Shown here piece after piece: positions 1 through 10,425 of a stretch of DNA of 64,000 nucleotides. The translations under genes and the position numbers were made by a program. Origin of the DNA: Escherichia coli. GTDB taxonomy: Bacteria; Pseudomonadota; Gammaproteobacteria; Enterobacterales; Enterobacteriaceae. The notes beneath the pieces were generated by a model that saw only the letters and a program-made list of their open reading frames with translations, had not been told where the DNA came from and made no database searches. The DNA lies in the NCBI RefSeq assembly GCF_009931435.1, contig NZ_CP043414.1; one strand, given 5' to 3'. Position 1 is the first letter of the stretch; each line of letters opens with the position of its first letter.

Positions 1-2604
1 GTTTTTTTTCTACATCGTCACGCACTAGAATTGCTCATTAATCGAAAACTGGATGATTGCGAATGCATAGTTCATTCAGTGGCTAGTTTATTGCCAAAGA
101 AAGAAAAATATACAGATGATGATCCGTTTTCCGGACTTATCGGATACGACCGTAGTCTCCGTGATGCGGTAGAAAAAGGCCGCGCAGCGGTGCTCTATCC
201 CCACGGACTGCATGTGCTGTTAACCGGGGCATCTGGTGTTGGCAAAACATTCTTTGCTGAGTTAATGCATTGCTTCGCTTGTAAGCACACCATAGGTTCG
301 CCACCTCCGTTGGTTTACTTTAACTGTGCCGAATATGCTCATAATCCGGAGTTGCTTTCCTCTCATCTGTTTGGTCACCATAAGGGGGCATTTACCGGGG
401 CAAGCGAGAATAAAACGGGGCTGGTGGAGCAAGCTGACGGAGGTTATTTACTTCTGGATGAAGTGCATCGCCTCCCGTATGAAGGACAAGAGAAGCTCTT
501 TTCTATTCTCGATAAAGGTGAATACCGCCCGCTTGGTTCAAGTGGGCCAACATATTCAATTTCGGTGCGCCTTATTTGCGCCACCACAGAGTTGGTCAAC
601 TCCTCACTATTGCGTACCTTCCAGCGGCGTATCCAGGTGTATATCGACTTACCGGGTATTCGCCAGCGTTCGGTCGAGGAGCAACTCGAATTGATTGTCA
701 GCTTCTTCCAGCGCGAAAGTCGTAAAATTGAACGTACCATAAGCCTTGATAAAACCCTTTTGCACTGGTTGTTAAGTAAACCCCTGGAAGGCAATATCGG
801 CCAGCTTAAAAGCGATATTCAGTTCTTGTGCGCGCAGGCGTGGGCGTCGGGAATGACCGAGCGCAATGATACACTAGAGTTAGATAAACGACTGGCGGAG
901 ATGCCGTTTAATACCACGCCGGAGCAGCGCCTGCTGGTCGATGCGTTGTTTGGCGGTAAAGATCGTTTGAACGTGGATGCGCGTACGTTGCCCGCGTTAA
1001 AAAATTCGTTGGCGACCAGCGCGGAAATAGAAGAGAGCGATCTGTTTTACAGTTTCCTGACTCGTGAATATGTCAATCTGCGCAACAGTAACGTGCCGCC
1101 CGCAGAAACGCTGGCTATCCTGAAAAACAAACTCAGTTCGATTTTTGAATACGGTCTCTATAGCCGCCATAGTACGGCGCATCCACCGCGCTATGGCGAT
1201 CAAATTGAGGAGCGGGTGACGTTGCTGATCGGTTACGTGGAGCAGGTATTAGGATTTACGTTGCCAGAAAACCTGGCGAACCCGTTACGTAAACACTTTC
1301 TTGCGCTGATTGGCTATGTGCGGCGAGGGCTTATACCTCAACTCTATTCCTCCAGCTTGATTCTGGATCGCTGTAAAGATGAGTATGACAATGCCACGCT
1401 TCTGTGCCGCAAAATCAATGAGCTGCTGCATATTCAGTGCCCGGCGATGGAGGTGGTCTGGCTGTGCCTGTTCCTGAAAGAGTGTCGCCACTACCGCCAG
1501 CGCATCGACACCAGCCCGGATTGCGGCGTGATTCTAATCGCTCACGGTGCGACCACCGCAACGAGCCAGGCGCAATATGTGAATCGGGTGCTGGAGCGCG
1601 ATCTGTTCTACGCAATTGATATGCCATTTGAGCAGTCGGTGCATGACACCCTGGAAACCCTGACCCGGATGATTCAGGACCGGTGCTGGCAGCGGCTGAT
1701 ACTGATGGTGGATATCGGATCGCTGGTTCATTTTGGCAGCACCATCAGCAAGCTGTTCCAGATTGACGTTCTGTTGTTGCCAAATATCACTCTGACCAGC
1801 CTGCTGGAGGTGGGGCTGGATTTAAGCTACGAAACTGGGGATCTATCGCAATTGGCTGTGCTTATGCAGAGTAAAAATATCCCTTGTCGGCTCTGCACGC
1901 CGCAGCAAGAGAGCGGTGGCAAAGTGCTGGTTATCTCATGTATAACCGGAATGGGGACGGCAGAAAAGATCAAAAAAGTGCTGGAGGAGAGCTTTGGCGA
2001 GCTGATGTCGCAGGACACGCGTATGGTGATTCTCGACTATAACGAGGTGCGCAGCCTGGAGCGTATTCAGCAGGCGCTTAATGCCAGTGAACGGCTGGCA
2101 GGGATCGTCGGCACCTTCCAGCCGGGACTGCCGGATATTCCGTTTATCTCGCTGGAGGAACTGTTTTCCGAGCAAGGGCCGGAGCTGGTGCTTAGCCTGC
2201 TGACTCCGGATCTCTCAAGCAGCGAGCGCCGACTGGAGATGGAGCGCAGCGCCATGCGCTTTATCAGCGCGCTGACCATGGAGAGCATCATCAACCATAT
2301 TTCGGTGCTCAACCCGCAGCGAATTCTGAAAGAGATCGAGGACGTTCTGAACCACTTAACCAACACGCTCTCCCTGAAACCGAGCCGCCAGGTGACACTA
2401 CGTTTTCTGATCCATTGCTGCTGCATGGTCGAGCGTATCGTGATTAACCGCAAACCGTTACAGATGGCGCTGGAAAACCGGCTTGATCTGGACGCTCGTG
2501 CCTTTAGCGTCATCAAATCCTCCTTTTTGCCGATTGAAGAGGCTTACGCTATCCGTTTATCGGACGCAGAATATTTTTATATCTACGAACTGCTCTACAG
2601 CTGA
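1..2604 (+). CDS. dgaR: sigma54-dependent LevR-family transcriptional activator (DgaR-like); 5' end outside window
   Basis: Frame is open from nt 1 (ORF track begins at TTG 31). Walker A GASGVGKT and the GAFTGA sigma54-contact motif are present in the N-terminal AAA+ domain; long C-terminal regulatory region; sits directly upstream of a sigma54 promoter and mannose-family PTS genes. Confidence 0.75.
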   Translation, partial: VFFLHRHALELLINRKLDDCECIVHSVASLLPKKEKYTDDDPFSGLIGYDRSLRDAVEKGRAAVLYPHGLHVLLTGASGVGKTFFAELMHCFACKHTIGSPPPLVYFNCAEYAHNPELLSSHLFGHHKGAFTGASENKTGLVEQADGGYLLLDEVHRLPYEGQEKLFSILDKGEYRPLGSSGPTYSISVRLICATTELVNSSLLRTFQRRIQVYIDLPGIRQRSVEEQLELIVSFFQRESRKIERTISLDKTLLHWLLSKPLEGNIGQLKSDIQFLCAQAWASGMTERNDTLELDKRLAEMPFNTTPEQRLLVDALFGGKDRLNVDARTLPALKNSLATSAEIEESDLFYSFLTREYVNLRNSNVPPAETLAILKNKLSSIFEYGLYSRHSTAHPPRYGDQIEERVTLLIGYVEQVLGFTLPENLANPLRKHFLALIGYVRRGLIPQLYSSSLILDRCKDEYDNATLLCRKINELLHIQCPAMEVVWLCLFLKECRHYRQRIDTSPDCGVILIAHGATTATSQAQYVNRVLERDLFYAIDMPFEQSVHDTLETLTRMIQDRCWQRLILMVDIGSLVHFGSTISKLFQIDVLLLPNITLTSLLEVGLDLSYETGDLSQLAVLMQSKNIPCRLCTPQQESGGKVLVISCITGMGTAEKIKKVLEESFGELMSQDTRMVILDYNEVRSLERIQQALNASERLAGIVGTFQPGLPDIPFISLEELFSEQGPELVLSLLTPDLSSSERRLEMERSAMRFISALTMESIINHISVLNPQRILKEIEDVLNHLTNTLSLKPSRQVTLRFLIHCCCMVERIVINRKPLQMALENRLDLDARAFSVIKSSFLPIEEAYAIRLSDAEYFYIYELLYS

Positions 2605-2668
2605 TCCCCTGATTTACGGGGCTTAAGGCCTCATCCAATCTCTTTTCCTCTGAGCGTGACACAAATTC

Positions 2669-2684
2669 TGGCACGTCCTTTGCT
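2669..2684 (+). promoter_or_regulatory. sigma54 (-24/-12) promoter TGGCAC-N5-TTGCT for the PTS operon
   Basis: ctGGcacgtcctttGCt with exactly 10 nt between GG and GC, about 40 nt upstream of the EIIA start. Confidence 0.75.
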
Positions 2685-2722
2685 CCTGACGAAATGTAAA
2701 CACTGGAGCAAAGGAGGCTATT

Positions 2723-3151
2723 TTGACCACAACTGTATCTATTCATCCGTTACCTGAAATTTTGCTGCTAACTCACGGCGGCTGGGGGCTGCAGCTCTGC
2801 AACAGTCTGCGCATGGTGATGGGCGAAATCGAAGGCGTGACGGAAATCGCGCTGATGCCTGTCGATACGCTGGGCGAGTTTTACCAGCGCGTCGAAGCCG
2901 TGGTGAAAACCATGCCAGAAGGTTCGCTTATCGTGACCGATTTTATCGGCGGCACCACCTCTAACGTGGCGGCGCGGCTGAGCGCCGATTATCCGGTGGC
3001 GGTGATCTCCGGGCTTAATGCCTCGCTGCTGCTGGAGGCGCTGGACAAGCGCGAACATGGCCCACTGACCGCCTGCGTGGCCGATCTGGTGGAAGCTGGG
3101 CGCAACAGTTGCCTGGACGTCGTCTCCCATATTCGTCAATTACAACAGTAA
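2723..3151 (+). CDS. dgaA: PTS mannose-family EIIA component
   Basis: 142 aa; LLLTHGG N-terminal His motif typical of EIIA-Man; TTG start 5 nt after AAGGAGG; the first ATG would delete the His motif. Confidence 0.8.
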   Translation: MTTTVSIHPLPEILLLTHGGWGLQLCNSLRMVMGEIEGVTEIALMPVDTLGEFYQRVEAVVKTMPEGSLIVTDFIGGTTSNVAARLSADYPVAVISGLNASLLLEALDKREHGPLTACVADLVEAGRNSCLDVVSHIRQLQQ

Positions 3152-3161
3152 GGAAAATCGT

Positions 3162-3647
3162 ATGGCAAACATCGTGTTATGTCGCATTGACAGCCGTCTT
3201 ATCCACGGACAGGTGGTGACGAAGTGGGTGGGGCAATCCCAGGCCAACCGTATTGCGGTGGTCAGCGACGAGCTGGATGCCGATCCGTTTATGAAAAATA
3301 TCTACCTGATGGCCGCGCCGCCGAATATCAAAGTGGACTGCTTCAGCAACCAGAGCTTCGCGGCCGCGTGGAAAGACAACCAGCTGGGCGACGGCAACGT
3401 GCTGGTGCTGTTCCCGTCGCTGGCGGCGATTCAGGAAGCGGTGCAGCAGGGCTTTGACGTGGCTGATATTCAGGTTGGCGGCTTAGGCGGCGGGCCAAAC
3501 CGTAAAGCGGTGTTCCAGAACATAACTCTGGATGAAAAAGACGTTGGCATTCTTAACGATTTGAAAAGTCGCGGCATTAAGGCTGTTTTCCAGACCATCC
3601 CGGAAGATAAGCCGCAGTCGCTGGACGATATCCTGAAAAAATTCTGA
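3162..3647 (+). CDS. dgaB: PTS mannose/sorbose-family EIIB component
   Basis: 161 aa; N-terminal CRIDSRLIHGQV phospho-His motif of EIIB-Man. Confidence 0.85.
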   Translation: MANIVLCRIDSRLIHGQVVTKWVGQSQANRIAVVSDELDADPFMKNIYLMAAPPNIKVDCFSNQSFAAAWKDNQLGDGNVLVLFPSLAAIQEAVQQGFDVADIQVGGLGGGPNRKAVFQNITLDEKDVGILNDLKSRGIKAVFQTIPEDKPQSLDDILKKF

Positions 3648-3672
3648 CCCTCTGAACATGGGATAACAAATT

Positions 3673-4422
3673 ATGGATACCTTACTTTTTGCAAGCCTGA
3701 TGGGGCTGTATTACTGGTTTGCCCGGTTGCGCCTTGGCTATACCTTCTCCGCCATGCTGTTACAGCCAGTGGTGGTGGCGGTCTTTGTCGGCCTGCTGCT
3801 CGGCAACATGCCTGCGGCGATGATTATCGGCGCGGGGATGCAGTTGGTATATCTGGGTGTGACCTCAACGCCAGGCGGCAATGTGCCGTCAGACCCGGCG
3901 CTGGCGGCCTGTATCGCCATTCCTATCGCCGTTAAGGCCAATATGGACCCGAACCTGGCGATTGCACTGGCGATTCCATTTGGCGTTATCGGCGTATTCC
4001 TCGACCAGTTGCGTCGCACGCTAAATGCGGCCTGGGTGCATATGGCCGATAAACACGCGGAAACGGCCAATATGTCAGCCATTATGCGCTGCGCCTTTCT
4101 CTACCCGGCGCTGCTGGGGCTGGTGCTACGTTTCCCAGTGGTGTTCGCCGCCAACTACTTCGGCCAGAACGTAGTGGAAAGTTTCCTCAAGCTGATGCCG
4201 CACTGGCTGACCCACTCGTTTGAAATCATGGGCGGGATTCTCCCGGCGCTGGGCTTCGCCATCACCATTATGGTGATTGGTAAAAAGAGCCTACTGCCGT
4301 GGTTTATCGGCGGATTCTTCGCGGTGCTGTACCTCAAGGTGGACATCATGGCGATGGCGATTTTCGGCACCTGCGTGGCCTTCCTGATTAAAGGCCTGGC
4401 GAAAAATGAAGGAGCGGCATAA
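3673..4422 (+). CDS. dgaC: PTS mannose-family EIIC membrane component
   Basis: 249 aa hydrophobic protein in EIIC position of the operon. Confidence 0.8.
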   Translation: MDTLLFASLMGLYYWFARLRLGYTFSAMLLQPVVVAVFVGLLLGNMPAAMIIGAGMQLVYLGVTSTPGGNVPSDPALAACIAIPIAVKANMDPNLAIALAIPFGVIGVFLDQLRRTLNAAWVHMADKHAETANMSAIMRCAFLYPALLGLVLRFPVVFAANYFGQNVVESFLKLMPHWLTHSFEIMGGILPALGFAITIMVIGKKSLLPWFIGGFFAVLYLKVDIMAMAIFGTCVAFLIKGLAKNEGAA

Positions 4423-5279
4423 TGAGCGGCGGCGTAATGCAGCATGAACTGGTGGAGCGCGCGCGGGAGTCCGGGGCGCTGACCAAAGCGGATATCACCA
4501 AAGCGTGGTTTATCTACTGGCTTGGCGCGGAAGTTTCCAGCTCCTATGAGCGTTTACAGAGCCTGATTTTCTGCGCCTCGATGACGCCGATTATTAAAAA
4601 GCTCTATCCGCAAAAGGAGGAGCAGGTGGAGGCGTTAAAACGCCATCTGAACTTCTTCAACTCAGAGCAGACGTTTGGCGCGGTGATCCAGGGGATCTCC
4701 ATCGCCATGGAAGAGCAAAAGACCCGCGGCGAGGCGATTAACGATGCCTCTATCACCGGGATTAAAACCGGCCTGATGGGGCCGCTGGCCGGAATGGGCG
4801 ACTCCATCATCTGGGCGGCCGTGATGCCGCTGTTGATTGCTATTTTTATCCCGTTCGCCGCCAATGGCAGCGCAATGGGCGGTATTTTGCCGCTGATTCT
4901 CTACCCGGCGATTACGCTGGCAATCAGCTACGGCATGGTGCACAAGGGCTATACGCTAGGGCGCGATTCGATTATCAGCCTGCTGCAGGGGGGGCGCATC
5001 AAGGAGCTTATCTACGGCGCTAACGTACTGGGGCTTATCATGATGGGTGCGCTATCCGCGAGCTTTGTCAAGATAACCTCACCTTTAAAAATTAGCGCAC
5101 TGAAAGGCTCTGAAGTGGTGGTACAGCAGATTCTTGACTCCATCGCGCCCGGCCTACTGCCGCTGGCGGCAGTGTTCGCGATCTACTTCTATCAGGTGAA
5201 AAAGGGACCGCGTTACACCACGATTTTGCTGTCAATTGTGGCGTTGAGCGTGGTCTGCTCGCTGCTGGGAGTGCTGTAA
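4422..5279 (+). CDS. dgaD: PTS mannose-family EIID membrane component
   Basis: 285 aa; ATG overlaps the dgaC stop (ATAATG); EIID-like membrane protein. Confidence 0.8.
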   Translation: MSGGVMQHELVERARESGALTKADITKAWFIYWLGAEVSSSYERLQSLIFCASMTPIIKKLYPQKEEQVEALKRHLNFFNSEQTFGAVIQGISIAMEEQKTRGEAINDASITGIKTGLMGPLAGMGDSIIWAAVMPLLIAIFIPFAANGSAMGGILPLILYPAITLAISYGMVHKGYTLGRDSIISLLQGGRIKELIYGANVLGLIMMGALSASFVKITSPLKISALKGSEVVVQQILDSIAPGLLPLAAVFAIYFYQVKKGPRYTTILLSIVALSVVCSLLGVL

Positions 5280-5282
5280 GCC

Positions 5283-6392
5283 ATGACGCAGAATATCTAT
5301 CAACAACTGGGGCTGAAACAAGTGATTAACGCTTGCGGTAAGATGACGATTCTCGGCGTCTCCAGTGTCGCGCCGGAGGTGATGCAGGCCACCGCGCGTG
5401 CGGCATCCTCTTTCGTGGAGATTGATCAGCTGGTGGACAAAACCGGCGAGCTGGTCTCTCGCTTTACCGGGGCGGAGGATAGCTACGTTACCTCCTGCGC
5501 CTCGGCAGGGATCGCCATCGCTATCGCCGCCGCCATTACCCGCGGCGACAAGGCCCGGGTGGCGCTCATGCCGGATAGCTCCGGCATGGCCAATGAAGTG
5601 GTGATGCTGCGCGGCCATAACGTCGATTACGGCGCATCGATCCTCAGCGCGATCCGCTTAGGCGGCGGGCGCGTGGTGGAGGTGGGGTCAAGTAACCTGG
5701 CGGCTCTCTGGCAGCTGGAGAGTGCCATTACCGACGCGACCGCCGCGCTGCTGTATGTGAAGTCGCATCACTGCGTGCAGAAGGGGATGTTGAACATCGA
5801 GGACTTCGCCCAAGTCGCGCAGATGCACAACCTGCCGTTGATTGTCGATGCCGCCGCCGAAGAGGATTTACGTGCCTGGGTGGTGAGCGGAGCGGATATG
5901 GTGGTCTACAGCGGCGCAAAAGCCTTTAACGCGCCTACCTCCGGGTTTATCACTGGTAAAAAAATCTGGATTGCAGCCTGTAAAGCGCAGCATTACGGCA
6001 TTGCCAGGGCGATGAAAATCGGCAAGGAGAACATGGTTGGGCTGGTTTACGCGCTGGAGAATTATCACCAGGGGCAGGCAATCATCACCGCGGAACAGCT
6101 CCAGCCAGTGGTTGAAGCGATTTCTGCGATTCACGGGTTAACGGCTGATATTGAGCAGGATGAAGCCGGGCGTGCAATCTGGCGTATTCGTATTCGGGTA
6201 AATGCGCAAGAATTTGGAGTTGCCGCTCGCGTCGTCGAAGCGCAACTGCGTGGTGGCGATATCGCGATTTATACACGGCGGTATAACCTCCACCAGGGCG
6301 TTTTTAGCCTTGATCCGCGTACGGTGGCGGATGGGGAGATGGCGCTTATCGTGGCGCGACTGAAGGAGATTGCAGATCATGCAAAAGATTAA
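5283..6392 (+). CDS. dgaE: SelA-like PLP-dependent enzyme (D-glucosaminate-6-phosphate ammonia-lyase-like)
   Basis: 369 aa; SGAKAF-type PLP-lysine region; position after EIID matches the Salmonella dga operon order. Confidence 0.7.
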   Translation: MTQNIYQQLGLKQVINACGKMTILGVSSVAPEVMQATARAASSFVEIDQLVDKTGELVSRFTGAEDSYVTSCASAGIAIAIAAAITRGDKARVALMPDSSGMANEVVMLRGHNVDYGASILSAIRLGGGRVVEVGSSNLAALWQLESAITDATAALLYVKSHHCVQKGMLNIEDFAQVAQMHNLPLIVDAAAEEDLRAWVVSGADMVVYSGAKAFNAPTSGFITGKKIWIAACKAQHYGIARAMKIGKENMVGLVYALENYHQGQAIITAEQLQPVVEAISAIHGLTADIEQDEAGRAIWRIRIRVNAQEFGVAARVVEAQLRGGDIAIYTRRYNLHQGVFSLDPRTVADGEMALIVARLKEIADHAKD

Positions 6393-7122
6393 TTTCTATC
6401 ATAATCGTGTGGCAATTAATGTGCTGGCGAAAGATATCGCCAATGCCCGTGAAATCTATGACGCCGCCGAAGGCCACGCGGTGATTGGCGTGCTTTCCGC
6501 GCAGTTCTCCTCGGTGGATGAGGGGATCCAGGAAGTTAAACGTTGGATGGCGGAAATACCGTCCATTTCAGTAGGTCTGGGGGCGGGTGACCCGGCGCAG
6601 TATTACAAAGCTGCGATGATTGCGGCGCAGATTCATCCAGCACACGTTAACCAGACCTTTACCGGTTGTGGTTTCGCGGCAGGCGCGCTTGCGACGACGG
6701 GCGGTGAGCAGACCCATGTCAACGCGCTGGTTAGCCCGACGGGAACGCCGGGCGAAGTGCTGATTTCCACTGGCGTTAGCAGCAGCCAGGGTACGCCTGC
6801 CCGCGTATCCTGCGATACGGCAGTGCGAATGATGCTAGATATGGGCGCACACGCGGCGAAGTTCTTTCCGATGGGCGGCGAGAAGTCGCTTCCGGAGCTA
6901 TACGCGCTGGCGACCACGGCGGCGCGCAATGGTATGACGCTGATTGAGCCAACCGGCGGGATTGATTTGGATAACTTCAGTGTGATTCTAAAAACTTGTC
7001 TGGAGGCGGGTGTGCCGCGCATTATGCCGCATGTTTACAGCTCGATTATAGACCCTGATACGGGATATACCCGACCGGATGATGTAGCCGTTTTGCTGAA
7101 TAAAGTGAAATCACTACTCTGA
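6379..7122 (+). CDS. dgaF: KDPG-aldolase-family protein
   Basis: AKFFPMGG and EPTGGI motifs resemble Eda FKFFPA and CPTGGI; ATG 6379 preceded by GAAGGAG (ORF track starts at TTG 6370). Confidence 0.7.
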   Translation: MQKINFYHNRVAINVLAKDIANAREIYDAAEGHAVIGVLSAQFSSVDEGIQEVKRWMAEIPSISVGLGAGDPAQYYKAAMIAAQIHPAHVNQTFTGCGFAAGALATTGGEQTHVNALVSPTGTPGEVLISTGVSSSQGTPARVSCDTAVRMMLDMGAHAAKFFPMGGEKSLPELYALATTAARNGMTLIEPTGGIDLDNFSVILKTCLEAGVPRIMPHVYSSIIDPDTGYTRPDDVAVLLNKVKSLL

Positions 7123-7138
7123 TCGGGGATTCAGGCGT

Positions 7139-7169
7139 TACCGACCTACAATTATGTTGTAGATCGGTA
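7139..7169. terminator. 13-bp stem hairpin between convergent dgaF and loiP (candidate bidirectional terminator)
   Basis: taccgacctacaa / ttgtagatcggta inverted repeat with one mismatch (G-U on the minus strand), followed by a T-rich stretch on the plus strand. Confidence 0.5.
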
Positions 7170-7177
7170 TGTCTGAC

Positions 7178-7936
7178 TTATTTTATCCCATCCGCGCTCA
7201 TACGATCGCGAATATGCTGGGCGCGTTCGGCGGATGCCGGATGGTCGTCAAACATTGAGCTTTGGCGGCCTTCTTCCAGTTTCGCCAGTTTTTCAAAGCT
7301 GGTGGCAAGACCAGCCGGGCTGATGCCGCGTTGGCGCAGAAGATCGTAAGAATAATCATCGGCTTCTGCTTCCTGGCGCTGGGAGAATTGCGAATTGACT
7401 AATTTCTCGCCCAGATCACCAAGTTGCGATTGCGATAAACTGCCGACAATCCCGCCCGCAGAGGCTGCCGCGACTCTCACGGCGTTGGTACCTAATGCAA
7501 CTTGCATCCCTTTCTTCACATGGCCTAACGCGACGTGCCCCATTTCGTGACCGATCACCGCTTCGACTTCGTTATCCGTCATCATATCCATTAGCCCGCT
7601 ATAGACGCGGATACAGCCGTTAGCCATTGCAAAGGCGTTCACATCCTTCGCCATATACACTTTGTAATTCACCGGCTGACCGTTGATATTGTTGCCTAGC
7701 GCATTGGCAATAGTTGTCAGACGTTTAGCGTATTCGCTATTGGCTGGCGCAATCGTCGCCTTGCTGTCCATCTCCTGACATGCCTGATCGCTCAGGGCTT
7801 TCACCTGCGCATCACTCAAACTGTAAGCCTGAAAAGCTTCCGCTCCTGATGAGAGCAGTCCGTTGGAGTCCATATTCTGGCAACCGGTCAGTACCGTTGC
7901 CACGCTCATTGCTACCAATAAGGCGCGAATTTTCAT
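7178..7936 (-). CDS. loiP: periplasmic M48 metalloprotease LoiP (YggG), lipoprotein
   Basis: 252 aa from MKIRALLVAMSVATVLTGC lipobox; HEMGH zinc motif; the 325-aa ORF-track version is an upstream over-extension. Confidence 0.9.
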   Translation of the reverse strand: MKIRALLVAMSVATVLTGCQNMDSNGLLSSGAEAFQAYSLSDAQVKALSDQACQEMDSKATIAPANSEYAKRLTTIANALGNNINGQPVNYKVYMAKDVNAFAMANGCIRVYSGLMDMMTDNEVEAVIGHEMGHVALGHVKKGMQVALGTNAVRVAAASAGGIVGSLSQSQLGDLGEKLVNSQFSQRQEAEADDYSYDLLRQRGISPAGLATSFEKLAKLEEGRQSSMFDDHPASAERAQHIRDRMSADGIK

Positions 7937-8213
7937 GTTTTCTCTTCCGCACAAGGTCAGGATTATTCTAAAAATGCGCCGTTTGCAGGTGAATCGACGC
8001 TCAGTCTCAGTATAAGGAAAAGCGCAGCGGACGGGCGAGCAGATTGCGCAACATGCGAGCATGATCCAGAGATTTCTGAAGCGGCAAAAGGATGTTCCAT
8101 GTACATGACGCGCGGCTTGCGGTAAATTGTTGGCAAATTTTCCGGCGTAGCCCAAAACGCGCTGTCGTCAAGTCGTTAAGGGCGTGCCCTTCATCATCCG
8201 ATCTGGAGTCAAA

Positions 8214-10205
8214 ATGTCCTCACGTAAAGAGCTTGCCAATGCTATTCGTGCGCTGAGCATGGACGCAGTACAGAAAGCCAAATCCGGTCACCCGGGTGCC
8301 CCTATGGGTATGGCTGACATTGCCGAAGTCCTGTGGCGTGATTTCCTGAAACACAACCCGCAGAATCCGTCCTGGGCTGACCGTGACCGCTTCGTGCTGT
8401 CCAACGGCCACGGCTCCATGCTGATCTACAGCCTGCTGCACCTCACCGGTTACGATCTGCCGATGGAAGAACTGAAAAACTTCCGTCAACTGCATTCCAA
8501 AACTCCGGGCCACCCGGAAGTGGGTTACACCGCTGGTGTGGAAACCACTACAGGTCCGCTGGGTCAGGGTATTGCCAATGCAGTCGGTATGGCGATTGCA
8601 GAAAAAACGCTGGCGGCACAGTTTAACCGTCCGGGCCACGACATCGTCGACCACTACACCTACGCCTTCATGGGCGACGGCTGCATGATGGAAGGCATCT
8701 CCCATGAAGTTTGCTCTCTGGCGGGTACGCTGAAGCTGGGTAAACTGATTGCGTTCTACGATGACAACGGTATCTCTATCGATGGTCACGTTGAAGGCTG
8801 GTTCACCGACGACACCGCAATGCGTTTCGAAGCTTACGGCTGGCACGTTATTCGCGGCATCGACGGTCATGACGCGGCATCCATCAAACGCGCAGTAGAA
8901 GAAGCGCGCGCAGTGACTGACAAACCGTCCCTGCTGATGTGCAAAACCATCATCGGTTTCGGTTCACCGAACAAAGCCGGTACGCACGACTCCCACGGTG
9001 CGCCGCTGGGCGACGCTGAAATTGCCCTGACCCGCGAACAGCTGGGCTGGAAATATGCACCGTTCGAAATCCCGTCTGAAATCTATGCTCAGTGGGATGC
9101 GAAAGAAGCAGGCCAGGCGAAAGAATCCGCATGGAACGAGAAATTCGCTGCTTACGCCAAAGCTTATCCGCAGGAAGCCGCTGAATTTACCCGCCGTATG
9201 AAAGGCGAAATGCCGTCTGACTTCGATGCCAAAGCGAAAGAATTCATCGCTAAACTGCAGGCTAATCCGGCGAAAATCGCCAGCCGTAAAGCGTCTCAGA
9301 ATGCGATTGAAGCGTTCGGCCCGCTGTTGCCGGAATTCCTCGGCGGCTCTGCTGACCTGGCACCGTCTAACCTGACCCTGTGGTCTGGTTCTAAAGCAAT
9401 CAACGAAGATGCTGCGGGTAACTACATCCACTATGGTGTTCGCGAGTTCGGTATGACCGCGATTGCTAACGGTATCTCCCTGCACGGTGGCTTCCTGCCG
9501 TACACCTCCACCTTCCTGATGTTCGTGGAATACGCACGTAACGCCGTACGTATGGCTGCGCTGATGAAACAGCGTCAGGTGATGGTTTACACCCACGACT
9601 CCATCGGTCTGGGCGAAGATGGCCCGACTCACCAGCCGGTAGAGCAGGTCGCTTCTCTGCGCGTGACCCCGAACATGTCCACATGGCGTCCGTGTGACCA
9701 GGTTGAATCCGCGGTCGCGTGGAAATACGGCGTTGAGCGTCAGGACGGCCCGACTGCGCTTATCCTCTCCCGTCAGAACCTGGCGCAGCAGGAACGCACT
9801 GAAGAGCAGCTGGCAAACATCGCGCGCGGTGGTTATGTGCTGAAAGACTGTGCCGGTCAGCCGGAACTGATCTTCATCGCTACCGGTTCTGAAGTTGAAC
9901 TGGCGGTTGCTGCCTACGAAAAACTGACTGCTGAAGGCGTGAAAGCGCGCGTGGTTTCCATGCCGTCTACCGACGCATTCGACAAGCAGGATGCGGCTTA
10001 CCGTGAGTCTGTACTGCCGAAAGCGGTTACTGCACGCGTTGCGGTGGAAGCTGGCATTGCTGACTACTGGTACAAGTATGTTGGCCTGAACGGTGCTATC
10101 GTCGGCATGACCACCTTCGGTGAATCTGCTCCGGCAGAGCTGCTGTTTGAAGAGTTCGGCTTCACCGTTGACAATGTTGTTGCGAAAGCAAAAGAACTGC
10201 TGTAA
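8214..10205 (+). CDS. tktA: transketolase 1
   Basis: 663 aa starting [12 protein letters not shown]; ATG 8214 with GGAG upstream; the ORF-track start at 8184 is an over-extension. Confidence 0.97.
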   Translation: MSSRKELANAIRALSMDAVQKAKSGHPGAPMGMADIAEVLWRDFLKHNPQNPSWADRDRFVLSNGHGSMLIYSLLHLTGYDLPMEELKNFRQLHSKTPGHPEVGYTAGVETTTGPLGQGIANAVGMAIAEKTLAAQFNRPGHDIVDHYTYAFMGDGCMMEGISHEVCSLAGTLKLGKLIAFYDDNGISIDGHVEGWFTDDTAMRFEAYGWHVIRGIDGHDAASIKRAVEEARAVTDKPSLLMCKTIIGFGSPNKAGTHDSHGAPLGDAEIALTREQLGWKYAPFEIPSEIYAQWDAKEAGQAKESAWNEKFAAYAKAYPQEAAEFTRRMKGEMPSDFDAKAKEFIAKLQANPAKIASRKASQNAIEAFGPLLPEFLGGSADLAPSNLTLWSGSKAINEDAAGNYIHYGVREFGMTAIANGISLHGGFLPYTSTFLMFVEYARNAVRMAALMKQRQVMVYTHDSIGLGEDGPTHQPVEQVASLRVTPNMSTWRPCDQVESAVAWKYGVERQDGPTALILSRQNLAQQERTEEQLANIARGGYVLKDCAGQPELIFIATGSEVELAVAAYEKLTAEGVKARVVSMPSTDAFDKQDAAYRESVLPKAVTARVAVEAGIADYWYKYVGLNGAIVGMTTFGESAPAELLFEEFGFTVDNVVAKAKELL

Positions 10206-10227
10206 TCGGTAAGATGCTTTGTGAGAA

Positions 10228-10423
<196 letters not shown>

Positions 10424-10425
<2 letters not shown>

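Noticed and set aside
326-2516. Multiple 60-150-codon ORFs nested inside dgaR on both strands
   Set aside because: All lie within the long regulator CDS, which has clear AAA+ motifs in the main frame.
7178-8155. 325-aa extended LoiP and other N-terminally extended ORF-track calls (tktA, epd, pgk, fbaA, rpiA, pepP, ygfZ, scpA, scpB, argP, uacT)
   Set aside because: Extensions lack RBS support or run into upstream genes; the internal starts reproduce conserved N-termini and known protein lengths.
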